Shown: positions 15,101-29,664, numbered from the stretch's first letter. The stretch is 64,000 nt of DNA from Eledone cirrhosa (GCA_964016885.1 OZ024743.1:175646001-175710000), one strand, 5' to 3'. Notes: generated from the letters alone by a model not told the origin. Numbers and translations are program-made.

Positions 15101-15552
15101 TAATTCCATATATGGTAAAAGTGATTGTCACAAGGATTGGTCAACAGTTTGTTGTTGAGACACATAATTCTATCATGGCAATTTGTGGAAGGAAGGGGTA
15201 GCTGAACCTGCCAGTAGAAGAAAGAGGGTGGTTAGGGAATAGTAACCAGAAATTGTTTTTTTATATTTTTAACATTCTTGGTATTCTTCTATATATTTAC
15301 TCCATATTGATTTACTTATTGTTTCGACTTCCTCCCCCTACCCCTCTCTAGTATACTTGCTTGACCTCCTGCCCTGCTGTAGTTGGCACTATCAACGCAC
15401 GACTGGGTTTCCTCCACTCCCTCTCCCTCTTTCTACTACTGGCAGGTTCAGCTACCCCTTCCTTCCACAAATTGCCATGATAGAATTATGTGTCTCAACA
15501 ACAAACTTTTGACCAATCCTTGTGACAATCACTTTTACCATATATGGAATTA

Positions 15553-15646
15553 CCCCCTGAGAAGCTCGGCTATTCATATACCAGGATAAACATTTTCATT
15601 TAGTCCAGAATTAGCCGTCGAAACGGCTTGAGCTCAGCCGTCGGGG
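15553..15646 (+). ncRNA. Hammerhead motif, family B (long stem II insert, C3/A8 mismatch)
   Basis: CCCC-CTGAGAA-GCTCGGCTA..TAGCCGTC-GAAA-CGGCT tgagctc AGCCG-TC|GGGG. Confidence 0.6.
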
Positions 15647-15738
15647 TCCTACTCGTTCCTATTACCCACTTTACTACATTAAGTATTGAGTACTTTGGTG
15701 CGTTATGGTCCACCTGGTTCCTTACCACATTTCCTTCG

Positions 15739-15793
<55 letters not shown>

Positions 15794-15858
15794 TTAAAAT
15801 TTCACTCACCTAAAATGTATGCGCAAACGTGGGTTTCAGGGTCCAGTTATTATGGCCA

Positions 15859-16156
<298 letters not shown>

Positions 16157-16227
16157 CGGACAGGCGCTGCAAAATAACACCCAGGAAACAATCCTTGCAT
16201 ACCAGACCCAGCCTCAGACAAACGGAT

Positions 16228-16232
16228 GCGGC

Positions 16233-16264
<32 letters not shown>

Positions 16265-16511
16265 TCCGGGAAAGACTGCCCTAACACCGGCCAGAGTTAC
16301 CTCCCTTGACCTGCTGCAAAATCAAAACAAGATATTTTTGCGAGCAATGAACCTTGATGTGGATTTAACCCCCAAAACTCTTTCCGAGCAATATAAGGAA
16401 CACTTGTGATTATTTATGCCCTTGAGAGGCCCAACTGGGCGAAACGTACGTAGGTGATATTTTAAATAAATATGTTTTAACGGTCTATTCTCCGATTTTT
16501 TACTTTCCCAC

Positions 16512-16512
<1 letters not shown>
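16228..16512 (+). mobile_element. Solo copy of the PLE 3' region at about 4470-4745, with HHR-like motif at 16418-16456
   Basis: Near-identical sequence; TTGAGAG-GCCCAACTGGGC-GAAACGTACGTA. Confidence 0.85.
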
Positions 16513-16575
<63 letters not shown>

Positions 16576-16589
16576 TTTCTAATACGTCC

Positions 16590-17400
16590 ACTCATTAAAC
16601 CCACTATCATGCCTGCTCACAAAACATAGCAACCATAGAAATGGATCCAGAAGTATCTCCCATATTTTTCTTTGTCTTTGACTTGAAATTGTATGGACCA
16701 AATATCAACCACATAAAAAACTGGATTTGATTACTCGATTTTGAAATGAAATTTGGTGAGTCCAAATGTGTATTTTTGTCAATAAAACGTGGAAAATTTG
16801 TGCCCTCCTCTGAAACCATAAACATAAACGGCTTGATGATACAATCTCTTCCTTCAAGTGACAATGATCGGTATCTTGGACAGGATGAGAAGGTCAGATA
16901 TGATGAACCCATATATAAGGAGAGGACTAAGAATGAATACCCGGAAGAGTAAAGAAAATCTGGTCATCAGACTTTTCAACATACACAAGCACATTGTCCA
17001 TAATACTTTTGCTATATCCATCCTAACACCAACAATTGGCCCGCTGAACTAGTCAATGCCCAAACGAGTGTGATGGATGTAAAGACTCGCAATCTGCTCA
17101 GTGTTACTGGAGACTTTAACATTAATGGTGATGTCGATAGGCTATATTTCTCACACAAGGGGGATGACCGAAACTTCAAATCCATATTAACATCATACAA
17201 TACCTGGATAATAAAACTGAAGCAACATCTTCAACAGAAGAAAAAGGTCAGCAGCCATCTCGCCCAAGTTTAAGATTTACGATAACCATTTATCTAGAAG
17301 TGAGACATGAAATAAAACCTAATGCAAATCCCAGAAACCCTAGAACACTCTAATGCTTGAAATGAATCGTTAACTGAAACGGACTTAACTGGGTACTTGA
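16590..17400 (+). mobile_element. Degraded R4/Dong-like RT fragment
   Basis: DLKLYG, MKFGESKC, RYLGQDE, MDVKTRNLL..GDVDRLY motifs. Confidence 0.7.
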
Positions 17401-17639
17401 GACGATAAACACGAACCACAGACGAGATAAACCATACTAAAAGCCTGAGTACCGTCAATTTCATTACATCTCACCAATCCAAGTTCAGTTATACTTTGGT
17501 TTAGCCGGGCTGGTATATACACTGTTGCTCCTATACATAGAGCAAGTCCCACTCCTCAAAGTACCTAATACCACCGAAATTCAGCCGTTTTGGATAACTT
17601 AATAGCGGATTTAATAAAAGTGATAAGAAATGTGTCCCG

Positions 17640-17915
17640 CATGTGTAATCCAACATTTCATCCACCGCATGCAGTTCTCTGGCTACAATCAGACAGACAG
17701 GATCAGAGTATATAAAAGAGCCAGAGCCAAATGGACAAAGATTGCATAAAATGATGCGAATGGAACTTGCCCTATGTATAGGAGCAAATTTTAGAATAAG
17801 AATTAAGAAGACTAATAAAGTCAACTCGTGATATGATAGCAATAAATATCGGAATGTAATGTTTGTCAATGCAACCCCCAGAGGAAAACTAGCTTATAGA
17901 TTTCGAAGGGCTCGG
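17640..17915 (+). mobile_element. Fragment of the PLE family at 42618-44313
   Basis: GGAACTTGCCCTATGTATAGGAGCAAATTT..GATAGCAATAAATA..ACCCCCAGAGG matches about 43160-43380. Confidence 0.75.
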
Positions 17916-18607
17916 GCTGATTTTCGTAATTCAGCGTTACCAAAACCTTGAGTGTCTTGAATTGCTAACTCGAGTGTAATAGCCTGTTTATGAATGTGTG
18001 AGAGCCTTTCATCAATTTATTCTAATAGTCTTTGCCTTATTTGTGCATAGAAGAGTACAGAATTGAAGTCATCACCAACAAGCATATCATAATGTTGATC
18101 AGCAGTTAATGGTCCAGTTGGACATTTTCTTGCTTAATGTTTTTTTCTTTCATGAAGTCGTCAACTGATTCACCTTCCATTTACTTTCGTGTTCTTAGTT
18201 TGTGACGCATCATTATGGCTTATTAAATTTTTCACGTAGTATGATAATGGTTTGGTTGTAATTCACACAATATTGAATGTTGAGAAAATTGAGAAAAAAA
18301 GTTGTGTGGTAACATAACAGAAATAATTCTGAGAGTTTATCCTCTTCCGATATTTCATGTAAATTTCAAGCATTCAATTCCAGTAGAGATATTCTTCCTC
18401 GGTAAGACATTCAGTGACAGTCTTGAAGAATTTAGCATCCATATCAATGACGATTGGAATAAATTGAGCACGACTAATTCACAGTAGGAAGAAATCTTCA
18501 TTGACAATACAAAATTATAGTCACTTGAAATTAATGATGCTGGTTCACACATTACTTATGTTGATTCGTTGAATAAGACAAATTTCATAACACTTATATA
18601 TTATATC

Positions 18608-18639
<32 letters not shown>

Positions 18640-18664
18640 TGTATGTATGTTTATATATGTATAT

Positions 18665-18870
18665 GTCCGGGAGAGATGACCCCTTAGCCTTTGTAAAGGC
18701 AGAATTCTAGGAGAAGGAAAACTCTGATATAACACCTGCAACCCTGATGGTATCCAATGATGTTGACTTGTTCTTCTTTTTGGTAAATATCATCTTGATT
18801 AAGAGAGTGGGACTGGCTTTGTGCAGTGCCTTTTCTCACTATAAAAGCTTCACGGCACAGGCATTGCTTT
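18665..18870 (+). mobile_element. Dispersed repeat shared with about 41975-42190 (SINE or LINE 5'-like)
   Basis: GACCCCTTAGCCTTTGT..TCTAGGAGAAGG..GAGAGTGGGA..GTGCAGT. Confidence 0.55.
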
Positions 18871-19112
18871 GTATCTGGAGATCTCTCTGCACTTGTCATC
18901 ACATGGTACCATGGGCCCAGCACTATGTGTCAATAGTTGTCACAAGTGTAGTGTTTGTACCAGAGTTTTCAAGTCGCCGGCTGGACTAAAAAGTCACAGT
19001 CGTTCAGCGCATTGGTAGGGGTTCTCCTACATGGATATAAAGTAGTGGCCGTACTCGAAAACGAGTTGGCAGCCACCATATGTATATGTATGTGTATGCA
19101 TATATATATATA

Positions 19113-19152
<40 letters not shown>

Positions 19153-19169
19153 AATGAATATATATATAT

Positions 19170-19473
19170 ATACACAAATGAATATATGATAGGGATAAAC
19201 ACTGATACAAGTATACATGTGTTCGCATTGCAAATGACCCAGTTAGCTAGATTGAACAATACTAATTAAAATTATACGGTTTGCCTGTTTCGATTTAAAA
19301 TAATAAATCAATTAATTAGTATTTTTCAATCTAGCTAACTGGGTCATTTGCAATGCAAACACATGTATACTTGTATTAGTGTTTAGCTCTATCATATATT
19401 CATTTGTATTACACGGCTCGGAAATATTCCTTTCTTTGAGCTATTTAATTGTAAAAGACTATTTTGAGTTTAT

Positions 19474-19475
<2 letters not shown>
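19170..19475. repeat. Asymmetric palindrome in microsatellite (arms about 19170-19269 and 19311-19409)
   Basis: Arms are reverse complements; no HHR seen. Confidence 0.8.
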
Positions 19476-19560
<85 letters not shown>

Positions 19561-19561
<1 letters not shown>

Positions 19562-20690
19562 CGATGTTCTACGTAAGGCCGGTTATGATGAACCACTAAC
19601 ATTTTTTCCGGATACACCATGCGGAGGAAAATATAACCACTTCAATAGGAAAACATCACAAGCATACAATACAAAATTTGCAAATTTAAATACCGAGGGC
19701 TGACAGCCCCACAGTGGCAAGACAAATACTAATACTGCAAATAAGAAAACACCAAGGAGGTCTTGCACAACGTCTGGTAACTACTAAACTATGCTATCTC
19801 TTCTTCAAATTTATAGACGAACACTTTCCTCCAACACACACATTCCATAACATACTAAATAGAGACACGATCCGACTAACCTATTCTACCACAGCTAATC
19901 TGGGCAATTTCATCATGAAATTGAATAACAAACGTCTCCGGGGGATGGCAATACCAACAGCCAACACACACCCTGACTTAATTTAAACCCTCAGCAACAT
20001 CCGCAGCCTCCAACACCGAGCAGACCGGGACCCGCAAATACCAACATCTCTTCTACTTTACGTGCATATCCGGAGCAACAAAATACCCGGAATAACACCC
20101 ACAACACCGGAACCAGGGAGGAAACCACACTATATACGGACAAACTGCAACTGCAGAAATCCTAGCAATTGTCCACCATCGGGTAAATGCTTATACAAAA
20201 ATATCATTTTTAAATGTGTGGTAAAATCTAAACTGGGGATAAATAAATGTATGGGTTCCACTTCGAATATTTTCAAGAAAAGATGGTATGTGCACACCCA
20301 CATATTAAAAAAACCCAGGTTAGCTAGATCTACGGCCTGGCGAAAACAATCTGAGATCTGAAACGCGCTAATATTGAAAACACACAACACACAACGACAT
20401 GTTTATGCATAATAATTATACAAGAGTCTTGCAATGAATCATGTAAGCTATGTCAGTAGCCGTATAAGGACGTCACAGACGTGTTTTTTTTATTTCCATC
20501 CCAACTCGGTGAGGATATATATACTCATACGGTACTGAGACAAGAATGAGCTATAGATGTTATACACTTTTTTGCATATGAATCTTGGGCTTAGTGATGC
20601 TCATTTGCATATAGCGCGAACTAAGATCAGTTAGCAGTAGTACTAACAAAGCGTGGTTCATAATACATCTCTATCTCTCAACTATCTCTT
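19561..20690 (+). mobile_element. 5'-truncated, decayed PLE (RT end, linker, GIY-YIG)
   Basis: DVLRKAGYDEPL, FFKFIDEHFPPTHTFHNILNRDTIRLTYS, NCNCRNPSNCPPSGKCLYKNIIF. Confidence 0.8.
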
Positions 20691-20707
20691 CATCTCACTC
20701 ACACACA

Positions 20708-20866
<159 letters not shown>

Positions 20867-20882
20867 GACTATCTGAGCCATA

Positions 20883-20975
<93 letters not shown>

Positions 20976-20980
20976 AATAT

Positions 20981-21823
20981 TTGACTCTTTCTTCCTCACT
21001 TTTCGTTGCATTACTATCTCTGTTTGTTTACAGTCTCGCTCGTTCCCCTTATTTACGTGTCCCAACGACTTTCTTTAGCCGTTGCTCGCACCAACCGGAG
21101 GTATATGGTCTTTAAAGCGATGAAATACCAATGAAGGTTGGAAGATCACTGATGAAGGACTAACTTTATTCATATATAACCCATTTGCAACCACGCAGCA
21201 CGTTTGTTTTCATATTTACACATATATTTTCCCCCGCTGTGACCCGTCTATTTCGTTCTTACTGCTTCCTCTTTCTCTGTATCTTTACCCTCTCTAACAG
21301 TCACTCTCTCTGTTAGCCTCTTCCTCACCCTTCACTCACTCACTCTCTGCTACTACTTCTCCTACTTCCCCCCGTTTGACATGTGCGTAATTCTTTTCTC
21401 GCGCACGCTTGACCAGGCTGGTTGTTCCTTTTTTCTCTCTTGTCTACGATTTCACCGAATTCAGGGACTAGACTCCTTCTTCCTCCCGTTTGACCTGTGC
21501 GGAATTCCTTCCTTGCTCACATTTCGACTAGGTTTGACGGTCTTTATTCTCTCTCGTTCACGATTTCACCGAACTTATATTTATGGAAATCTGGGACTTG
21601 ACTCTTTCTTCCTCACTTTTCGTTGCATTACCATCTTTGTTTGTTTACAGTCTCGCTCGTTCCCCTTATTTAGTGTCCCAACGACTTTCTTTAGCCGTTG
21701 CCCGCACCAACCGGAGGTATATGGTCTTTAAAGCGATGAAATACCAATGAAGGTTGGAAGATCACTGATGAAGGACTAACTTTATTCATATGTAACCCAT
21801 TTGCAACCACGCAGCACGCTTGT

Positions 21824-21831
<8 letters not shown>
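20981..21831 (+). mobile_element. Non-coding element with 235-bp direct terminal repeats, in (TA)n
   Basis: 20981-21215 matches 21598-21831; each repeat has a partial HHR core CTGATGA-AGG actaa CTT without GAAA. Confidence 0.75.
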
Positions 21832-21860
<29 letters not shown>

Positions 21861-21901
21861 TATATCAGGAATGTACATAATTATGTTTATCTTATCTATA
21901 A

Positions 21902-21968
<67 letters not shown>

Positions 21969-21974
<6 letters not shown>

Positions 21975-22276
21975 TGTAATAAACAACATAAGGCAATTAT
22001 TCCATTTACCAGTGGTTTCTTAAAACCAAAAAATGTTGCTTTCAATCCTCAGAATGAAAAAATCCTGGTCTGTTTATTGAATTTGGATTTTAAAATCCAA
22101 ATTCAATAAACAGACCAGGATTTTTTCATTCTGAGGATTGAAAGCAAAATTTTTTGCTTTTAAGAAACAACTGGTAAATGGAATAATTGCCTTATGTTGT
22201 TTATTACATAACTATTAAGCTCTGTTACCTACATAGAGCACTCTTTTTTCCTGGACTTTTCGACGGAATTACTTCA

Positions 22277-22280
<4 letters not shown>
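21969..22280. repeat. Spacerless palindrome (about 122-bp arms, centre 22091/22092) plus 66-bp tail, in (TA)n
   Basis: Arms are reverse complements with few mismatches. Confidence 0.9.
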
Positions 22281-22322
<42 letters not shown>

Positions 22323-22326
<4 letters not shown>

Positions 22327-23235
22327 AAATTAAGATAAATCAAAATTAATTTAATCTAAATCAAACTTATGGGTGTCATGCCACAAGGCATGCGCCATAT
22401 CACCCGTAAAATAAGCTCCAAGATTCTAATGAATAGGTCCGAGCATTTTATAATAACTATACATTGATTAACATATAAATAAACATGTGAAACAATCACA
22501 GGGGATAATTTTTACAAGTGTGTAAGCATATTATAAGGTCTTTGAAGTTCTAGTTAACTTTATTTAGTTACCTACCTAGCTATGTGTGCTTACACACTTG
22601 TAAAAATTATCCCCTCTCATTGTTTCATATGTTTATTTATATGTTAATCAATTTCTAGTTATTATAAAATGCTCGGACCTATTCATTAGAATCTTGGAGC
22701 TTATTTTACGGGTGATATGGCGCATGCCTTGGGGCATGACACCCATAAGTTTGATTTAGATTAAATTCATTTTGATTTATCTTAATTTTGGATATAGATA
22801 TATAAATACGGCTCCTTAATTGTGGAGATAACTCTGTTGAAAGGACATGACTGCTGTTTCTAGTTGTCGATAACCCTATTCACGCCACTGAGACGAAGCT
22901 GGTATAATGTGTGTATTTTTAGTAGATACAGCACGTGTTACTGGCCAGTCGCTGATTTGAACTTAATGCGTAAACACAGACAGCTGAACTTCTTCGTTGT
23001 TGAAAATCCAAGCTTCGGCATCCGTGGTTTACGATTCGATTAATTGGTGAAATATATTTCTTTAATGAAATATATACAGGGAAGATTAATCATATTATAA
23101 GGTATCTATTTTTGAAGTTCTAGTTAACTTTATTTAGTTACCTACCTAGCTATGTGTGCTTACATACTTGTAAAAATTATCCCCTGTGATTGTTTCATAT
23201 GTTTATTTATATGTTAATCAATTTCTAGTTATTAT
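22323..23235. mobile_element. Inverted plus partial-tandem non-coding insertion with PLE-type architecture
   Basis: 22323-22528 is inverted to 22586-22790; 22530-22665 is directly repeated at 23093-23235. Confidence 0.75.
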
Positions 23236-23246
23236 ATATATATATA

Positions 23247-24585
23247 GTAATAATAATAAATTTGAAGACTAAAATCCAAAGAGGGCTCGATAAGGATAAA
23301 TATATATCAAATATATAAGAACCGTAGAGCAAATATTTATTAAAATAACATATTAAAGTTTAAGCAAAGAATCGCTGCTTTCACTCTTAACGGGATCTTC
23401 TGAAACTAAAAAAGTCAATCTGTGAACGCAGAAGTAAATATTTCAAAAAATGTTGCAACCGAAGGAAGACAGGAAATGGATGCTCTGGTTCGTGGAAACG
23501 TTCCCTGGCAAAGAACGAAAAAAAAACGAATAAGATACGTCATTATTTGAACAATTACACAAGGGCGGTGGATTGGTAGTATCGGCAGAGGGTCGGACGC
23601 CATGCTTTGTAGCACAGTTACGTCCCTTTACGGACTGAGTTCAAATCCCGCCGAGGTTAACTTTGCCTTTCATCCTTACGGGGTCGATAAAATAAAGTAC
23701 CAGTAATACACTGGGATAATTGCTGGCCTTGTGCCAAAAAGTAGAAACAATTATTTGAACGATTACACGCAAAGCTAAAACCACGTAAATGGTATAACTG
23801 AAATCGTAGACTAAAATGCTCTCTAGGAAACCGAACGATCCTCGGCTTCAGAGTTAAGAATGAAGTAAATAAAATACAGAGGTAATTGAAATTAAATATA
23901 TACATACACACATCCATATGCGTACAAACACAAGGCATGGGCATACAAATACAAGCACATACACAAAAAAACCCGCACGCACATACAGATATACCTTCCT
24001 GCCAGATGATTGAACGTCTGAAAGTATATACTTTCCTTATGCATATTAACGGCTGAGCACCCTAATTTGCATATCGAGTGAGTTAGTCGGCCGGGCGCAC
24101 CGAAAACGATAAATGGAAAAGAATGAAACGAAATTTCATTTCTCACTCTTAGTACGCTGATACTTAAATGTACATACATATATGTATACAGACGTACAGT
24201 AGTATGTATATATATACATACATGCACACATATATATGTACGTATGGGTTTACCGAACATTTATTATAATGTTCGGTTTGTTTGTAAACAAACAGCCCGA
24301 ATCACGCCGTACAGTGTTCGGAAACCATCGTCGACTTTTTGTTTCAACACTGACACAGGAACGATGTACTAGTTTGAAGCTCATTAGGTATCGTCAGCAT
24401 CGTATACCTTCCTGCCAGATGATTAAACGTCTGGAAGTATATACTTTCCTTATGCATATTAACGGCTGAGCAGCCTAATTTGCATATCGAGTGAGTTAGT
24501 TTGCATATCAACAGCCCGAATTACGCCGTACATTTAAGTATCAGCCGTACTAAGAGTGAGAAATGAAATTTCGTTTTATTCTTTT

Positions 24586-24590
<5 letters not shown>
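23247..24590 (-). mobile_element. Family C non-coding element with HHR-like motif at 23357-23407
   Basis: Homologous to 58596-59830, 35400-35615 and 36611-36870. Confidence 0.7.
23561..23749 (+). mobile_element. Full-length SINE with 19-bp TSD
   Basis: ATTATTTGAAC(A/G)ATTACAC at 23542-23560 and 23750-23768. Confidence 0.9.
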
Positions 24591-24638
<48 letters not shown>

Positions 24639-24979
24639 TGTAAGTATATATATATGTACGTAAGTATGTATTATGTATGTATGCATGCATGCGTGTACAG
24701 GAAGAATTAGAATTCTCGCACCATGGGAGTTTAGTAATTCGAGAGATCAAAGAGTACGAGAAAGTGAAATAAAATTAATTACGTAAATTAATATAAATAC
24801 AAATCAAAAGAAAAGAGTAAATATTATTTTCTATTCCTATGGTGGAGGAATTCGGATTAACATTGTATATTTACATTTATCTACATACAAAGATTGGTGT
24901 AACCCCCCCCCCCCTCACACACACACTCACACTCCACCCATATATATAGATAGATATATATTAAGCAACAACAGCAAGC

Positions 24980-25120
24980 AGTACTGGATAATCTGCCTGG
25001 TACTTTATTTTATCGACCCCGTAAGGATGAAAGGCAAAGTTAACCTCGGCGGGATTTGAACTCAGATCATAAAGGGAGGTAACTCTATGCTTCAAAGCAT
25101 GGAGTCCAACCCTCTACCAA
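24980..25120 (-). mobile_element. SINE copy
   Basis: Core motif. Confidence 0.8.
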
Positions 25121-26477
25121 TCGTTATGATATAACGATGCAAATATATGAACGTTTATATAAGCGATATAATATAGCGTCCGATATATCATAACCGGAAG
25201 TATTGACATTGGAAATTTTTTAAAGAAGTGAATCTTAAAATAATCAGTCATTATATATAAGAATATTTATGTTTAATCAACAGCTACGAAATTTAGTATG
25301 TAAATTATGTAATATTCATTCATTATTTATTCAAAGTAATCCGACTTATTTTACTAACGGGATAAAAATATATATTCAGGACACAGTCCCGCACTCCTCC
25401 CTTTATTATATTATGATTTCGATGTATATATATATACATTCATGTAGACATATGCATGTAGACATTTATGTATGTATGTTTGTCGCACCTGCATGCATAC
25501 ATACGTTCATATATACACTAGCATACATACATGCATACATGCATACATGCATGCATACATACATACATACATACATACATACATACATACATACATACAT
25601 ACATCATTGGTACGTACGTACATACGTACATACCCACCTACCTACCTACATACCTACCTTCATACATACATACACACATACATATTAACATACATACAAT
25701 AAATAGTAAAATATTTCTCCTTGTTTTCTGTAGATTACTCATTAATACGTCTGCCATCACACCCCACTTTCTGAACGCCCGCACAACCGCACGCTTGCAC
25801 GCGTGGCCTAGCTTATAGTATATAATTTCTATATCAGCCCTTCTTTTGTTTATATTTTCTAAATCCAGTTACCATTATCCATTTCTTATATATCTTATTT
25901 CTGTATAGCTTCCGTTTAACAATAATATTATAACAATGAGAAGAAAACCAATCCTTCGTTAACGGTTACTAAATCGTGTTTATTACAGCAATCATTATAC
26001 TGACATACACCATAGACTAGTATAAAACGTTCATGTACAAACATATTCGGACATAATATACTAACAGAGAATCAAAATGATACAACCACACAAACACACG
26101 AACACCCGCCTCACAGAATTACACCCATTTATATACTTATGTATCATACATACAAAGACAGGCCCGGACCTGTGCACAAGGTGTCGTTAACCAGAGCTGG
26201 TTTTGGCCAGCTGTCTCGTGAGCGTGTGTCCGTGAAACATATACATATACACCAGGTCAGAACACAAAAGAACTAAACTTCTACTGTCACTGCCTCCTTG
26301 TCTCCCGCCCCACCAATCTCTCACTATTATGAGCAAATGATGGCCCACGCGATAGCTGCCCCGGTACCCCGGCAGACAGAATAGAGAAGGAGGCGTCGTT
26401 GTCGCATGAAATGTTTTTAAAACGTAGCGGAGCCCATTCTTATCGAGGTCTGAACATGGCCGATTTCTTACAGGCGA

Positions 26478-26501
26478 AGAAAGAGAGAGAGAGAGAGGAG
26501 G

Positions 26502-26557
<56 letters not shown>

Positions 26558-26603
26558 GAGAGAGAGGAGAGAGAGAGAGAAGAGAGATGCAGAGAGAGAG
26601 GAG

Positions 26604-26662
<59 letters not shown>

Positions 26663-27125
26663 GTGTAAGGTATTGCAATTGAGAGAGATATAGAGGAAGA
26701 ATGGACTCTTATTCCTGGACTATTACTTTATTTTTCTTATATACACATATATTTGTACATATAACAATCTTCTATCTCTGCTTCTATATCTCCACCTTGC
26801 TCTCCCCCTTCCCACCTCTCTCTCTCTCTCTCTCTCTCACTCGGAGATGTCTCAAGGTTTTACGTGTTTACATACGAAATCATCAACATTCCTAAATCAA
26901 TAATATATAACATTGTATATAACCTGCAGAACATAATTTAATAAGTCTCTCACTTTCTCCTTCTATCTATATATTTATCAATCTCTCTCTCTCTCTCTCT
27001 ATATATAACTCTCACAGACAAAAACACACATACATATATAAGTGTCTGTGTGTGTGTGTGCACGTTTACAACCACACACACACAGACATACACACACACA
27101 GACACAGACACACAGACAGACAGGC

Positions 27126-27177
<52 letters not shown>

Positions 27178-27183
27178 CAGACA

Positions 27184-27250
<67 letters not shown>
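26478..27250. repeat. (GA)n, (CT)n, (CAGA)n and (CA)n microsatellites
   Basis: Direct reading. Confidence 0.9.
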
Positions 27251-27254
<4 letters not shown>

Positions 27255-27884
27255 GATTGTCATAAAACGCTTACCAGTCAATGAAACATGTAGACTCATT
27301 ATTCATTCCGTGATACCCGGGGTGCTCAATTATGTTAGTAACAGTTGCCTTTATCGTATTTTTTGGTATGTGTAGATGCTTACATATCAAACATGGATAA
27401 ATTCATGTATAAATTGGTGCAGTCTCGGTTACACACACTGTACATATACGGATATAACTTTACCGTACAATTCAGCAGCTAGCTCACTTCTTAATCGACA
27501 GTCGATTGACTTTCGTCAAATCGGACCGAAGAAACAATGTTTCCATTGGTCTTTCCAATTGCTAATACTATCTATCGGTCGCAACTCATATCTATACTTT
27601 ATTTGTTTTTCCTCCTTTCCCTGTCTTTCCTTTTCTCTCTCCTTCTGTTCTCTCTTCTTCTCTCTCCTTTTCCACCTGGCCTTTTGATTAATAAAAGGCC
27701 TCTTGCTCACCCGAACTACACCGATGACCTGTAATCCAGCGCCGAAACATCGGTTCGGGATACATTTACAGCTGACGATGGAAACTCCTTTCTTCCTTTC
27801 TCCACCTTTTCCGTCCTAACCACCATCCCAAACCTTGTTTTTAGTAACCACACAGCACCTTTCGTTTCATAACTTTTTGTATAT

Positions 27885-27954
<70 letters not shown>

Positions 27955-28001
27955 TAAAATAACAGGAGGCTGTACTGGTGTAAATACTTGAAAGGTTTAT
28001 T

Positions 28002-28059
28002 ATACTATGATCATTTCAACGACCCGGTTCAGTATGAATCCGGTGATATCATCAGGTAT
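28002..28059 (-). ncRNA. Hammerhead ribozyme motif
   Basis: Minus strand: ATAC-CTGATGA-[stem II with CCGG..CCGG]-GAAA-TGATCA-TA|GTAT. Confidence 0.7.
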
Positions 28060-28269
28060 TCGAAATATAACTAAGGAATATAACAGATAAAATCCATGGG
28101 ACTGAAAATCAGAGACAAGAGGACGACCGTCGGTCGCCCTTAAAGGTTAGAAACTCAAAATAGTCTCTTACAACAAAATACCTCTAAGAAAGAGATATTT
28201 CTGAGCCGTATATAATAATAGAATATAAAAGAAAAATTCTATTATTATATATACAAATTCTATTATATA

Positions 28270-28322
<53 letters not shown>

Positions 28323-28671
28323 AATAAAGATTCAGCGAGAATCGCATTTCGGCGGGCAGGAAAAGCGAAGCGAAACGCAAAAATCAGAAATGATACTGGT
28401 AAAGTGCTCCATAGTTAAAAACCAGAGCTAAACAATTTGTTAAGAAGCCAAACAAACTAAAAAGGTGGTCAAGAAGGCATTAATCACCCAAGCCAAAAAA
28501 CAAATCAAGCTAAACAGGTCAAAACAAATCAAGCTAAACAGGTCAAAACAAAATAAATGATAAAAAATAAAAGATAACCAGACCTGGACTCCCAGAATTT
28601 AAAACTTATACAATTAACCTGTCAATAGAAATTATTAACAAGTTAATTGTAAGACACGGGAAATTAATACA

Positions 28672-28734
<63 letters not shown>

Positions 28735-28737
28735 TAT

Positions 28738-28772
<35 letters not shown>

Positions 28773-28797
28773 TAATTTTAATTATATACATACATAC

Positions 28798-28908
<111 letters not shown>

Positions 28909-29322
28909 CAGGTTCCTGCACCAAATGACACTCCCTGTCCACTGTCCAGTTGGTCAAGTAGAGATTAAAATTGGCACTCCCAAAATTCTTATTTAGATTT
29001 ACCCATGGTATTTTCATTAGAAACCCATTATATACTTGTTTAGCAGTAAATTAATTTACCATCTGTCATATACTATCCCCTCCGTTTCTTCCTCTATTAC
29101 TAATATAAATACTTCAATTTTTCTGATTTTATCCAATTTATCCAAAATCTCTGAAGAAGTGACAACTGATTATACATTTGCTATCGAATACTTGCTAACA
29201 TTATATGATTACGCAAGCAGCGATACATAGGTATTCAGTCTGTTACAGAAACATATGTCAATACCTAATAAATTCCTTTTTTAAAAAAAGCACTTTCATT
29301 TTATATTCATCCTTTCTATATA

Positions 29323-29395
<73 letters not shown>

Positions 29396-29425
29396 AAATC
29401 AAAAGATGGTTAAAAGAGTTCCATG

Positions 29426-29496
29426 TATCTTATTATGCGCATTTCAAAAACAAATATCATCATGGGATGATATTTGCGTTCTCATCAGATAAAATA
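29426..29496 (-). ncRNA. Hammerhead ribozyme motif
   Basis: Reverse complement of 29594-29664. Confidence 0.75.
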
Positions 29497-29593
29497 GGGA
29501 GACATGATATGAAGCTTAAAAAATACTTGCGAGCAGTAACACTTCATTGCTCGCAAGTATTTTTTTAAGCTTGTCTCCCTATTCATGTCTCCC

Positions 29594-29664
29594 TATTTTA
29601 TCTGATGAGAACTCAAATATCATCCCATGATGATATTTGCTTTTGAAATGCGCATAATAAGATA
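29594..29664 (+). ncRNA. Hammerhead ribozyme motif
   Basis: TATTTTAT-CTGATGA-GAA..CAAATATCATC ccat GATGATATTTG..TTT-GAAA-TGCGCA-TA|ATAAGATA. Confidence 0.8.

Larger units (their letters stand above)
14757..15742. mobile_element. Two palindromic PLE terminal-repeat insertions of family B in (TA)n (14757-14954 and 14996-15742)
   Basis: Inverted arms 14839-14895/14898-14954 and 14996-15227/15425-15658; homologous to 60053-60350. Confidence 0.8.

Noticed and set aside
22122-22168. CTGAGGA-TT-GAAA-GCAAAA..TTTTGC-TT as a stem-II-less hammerhead
   Set aside because: Stem I does not pair convincingly; not counted, though it may be a decayed HHR
27708-27790. CCGATGA..CGAAAC and CTGACGA-TG-GAAAC motifs
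   Set aside because: Stems I and III cannot both be formed
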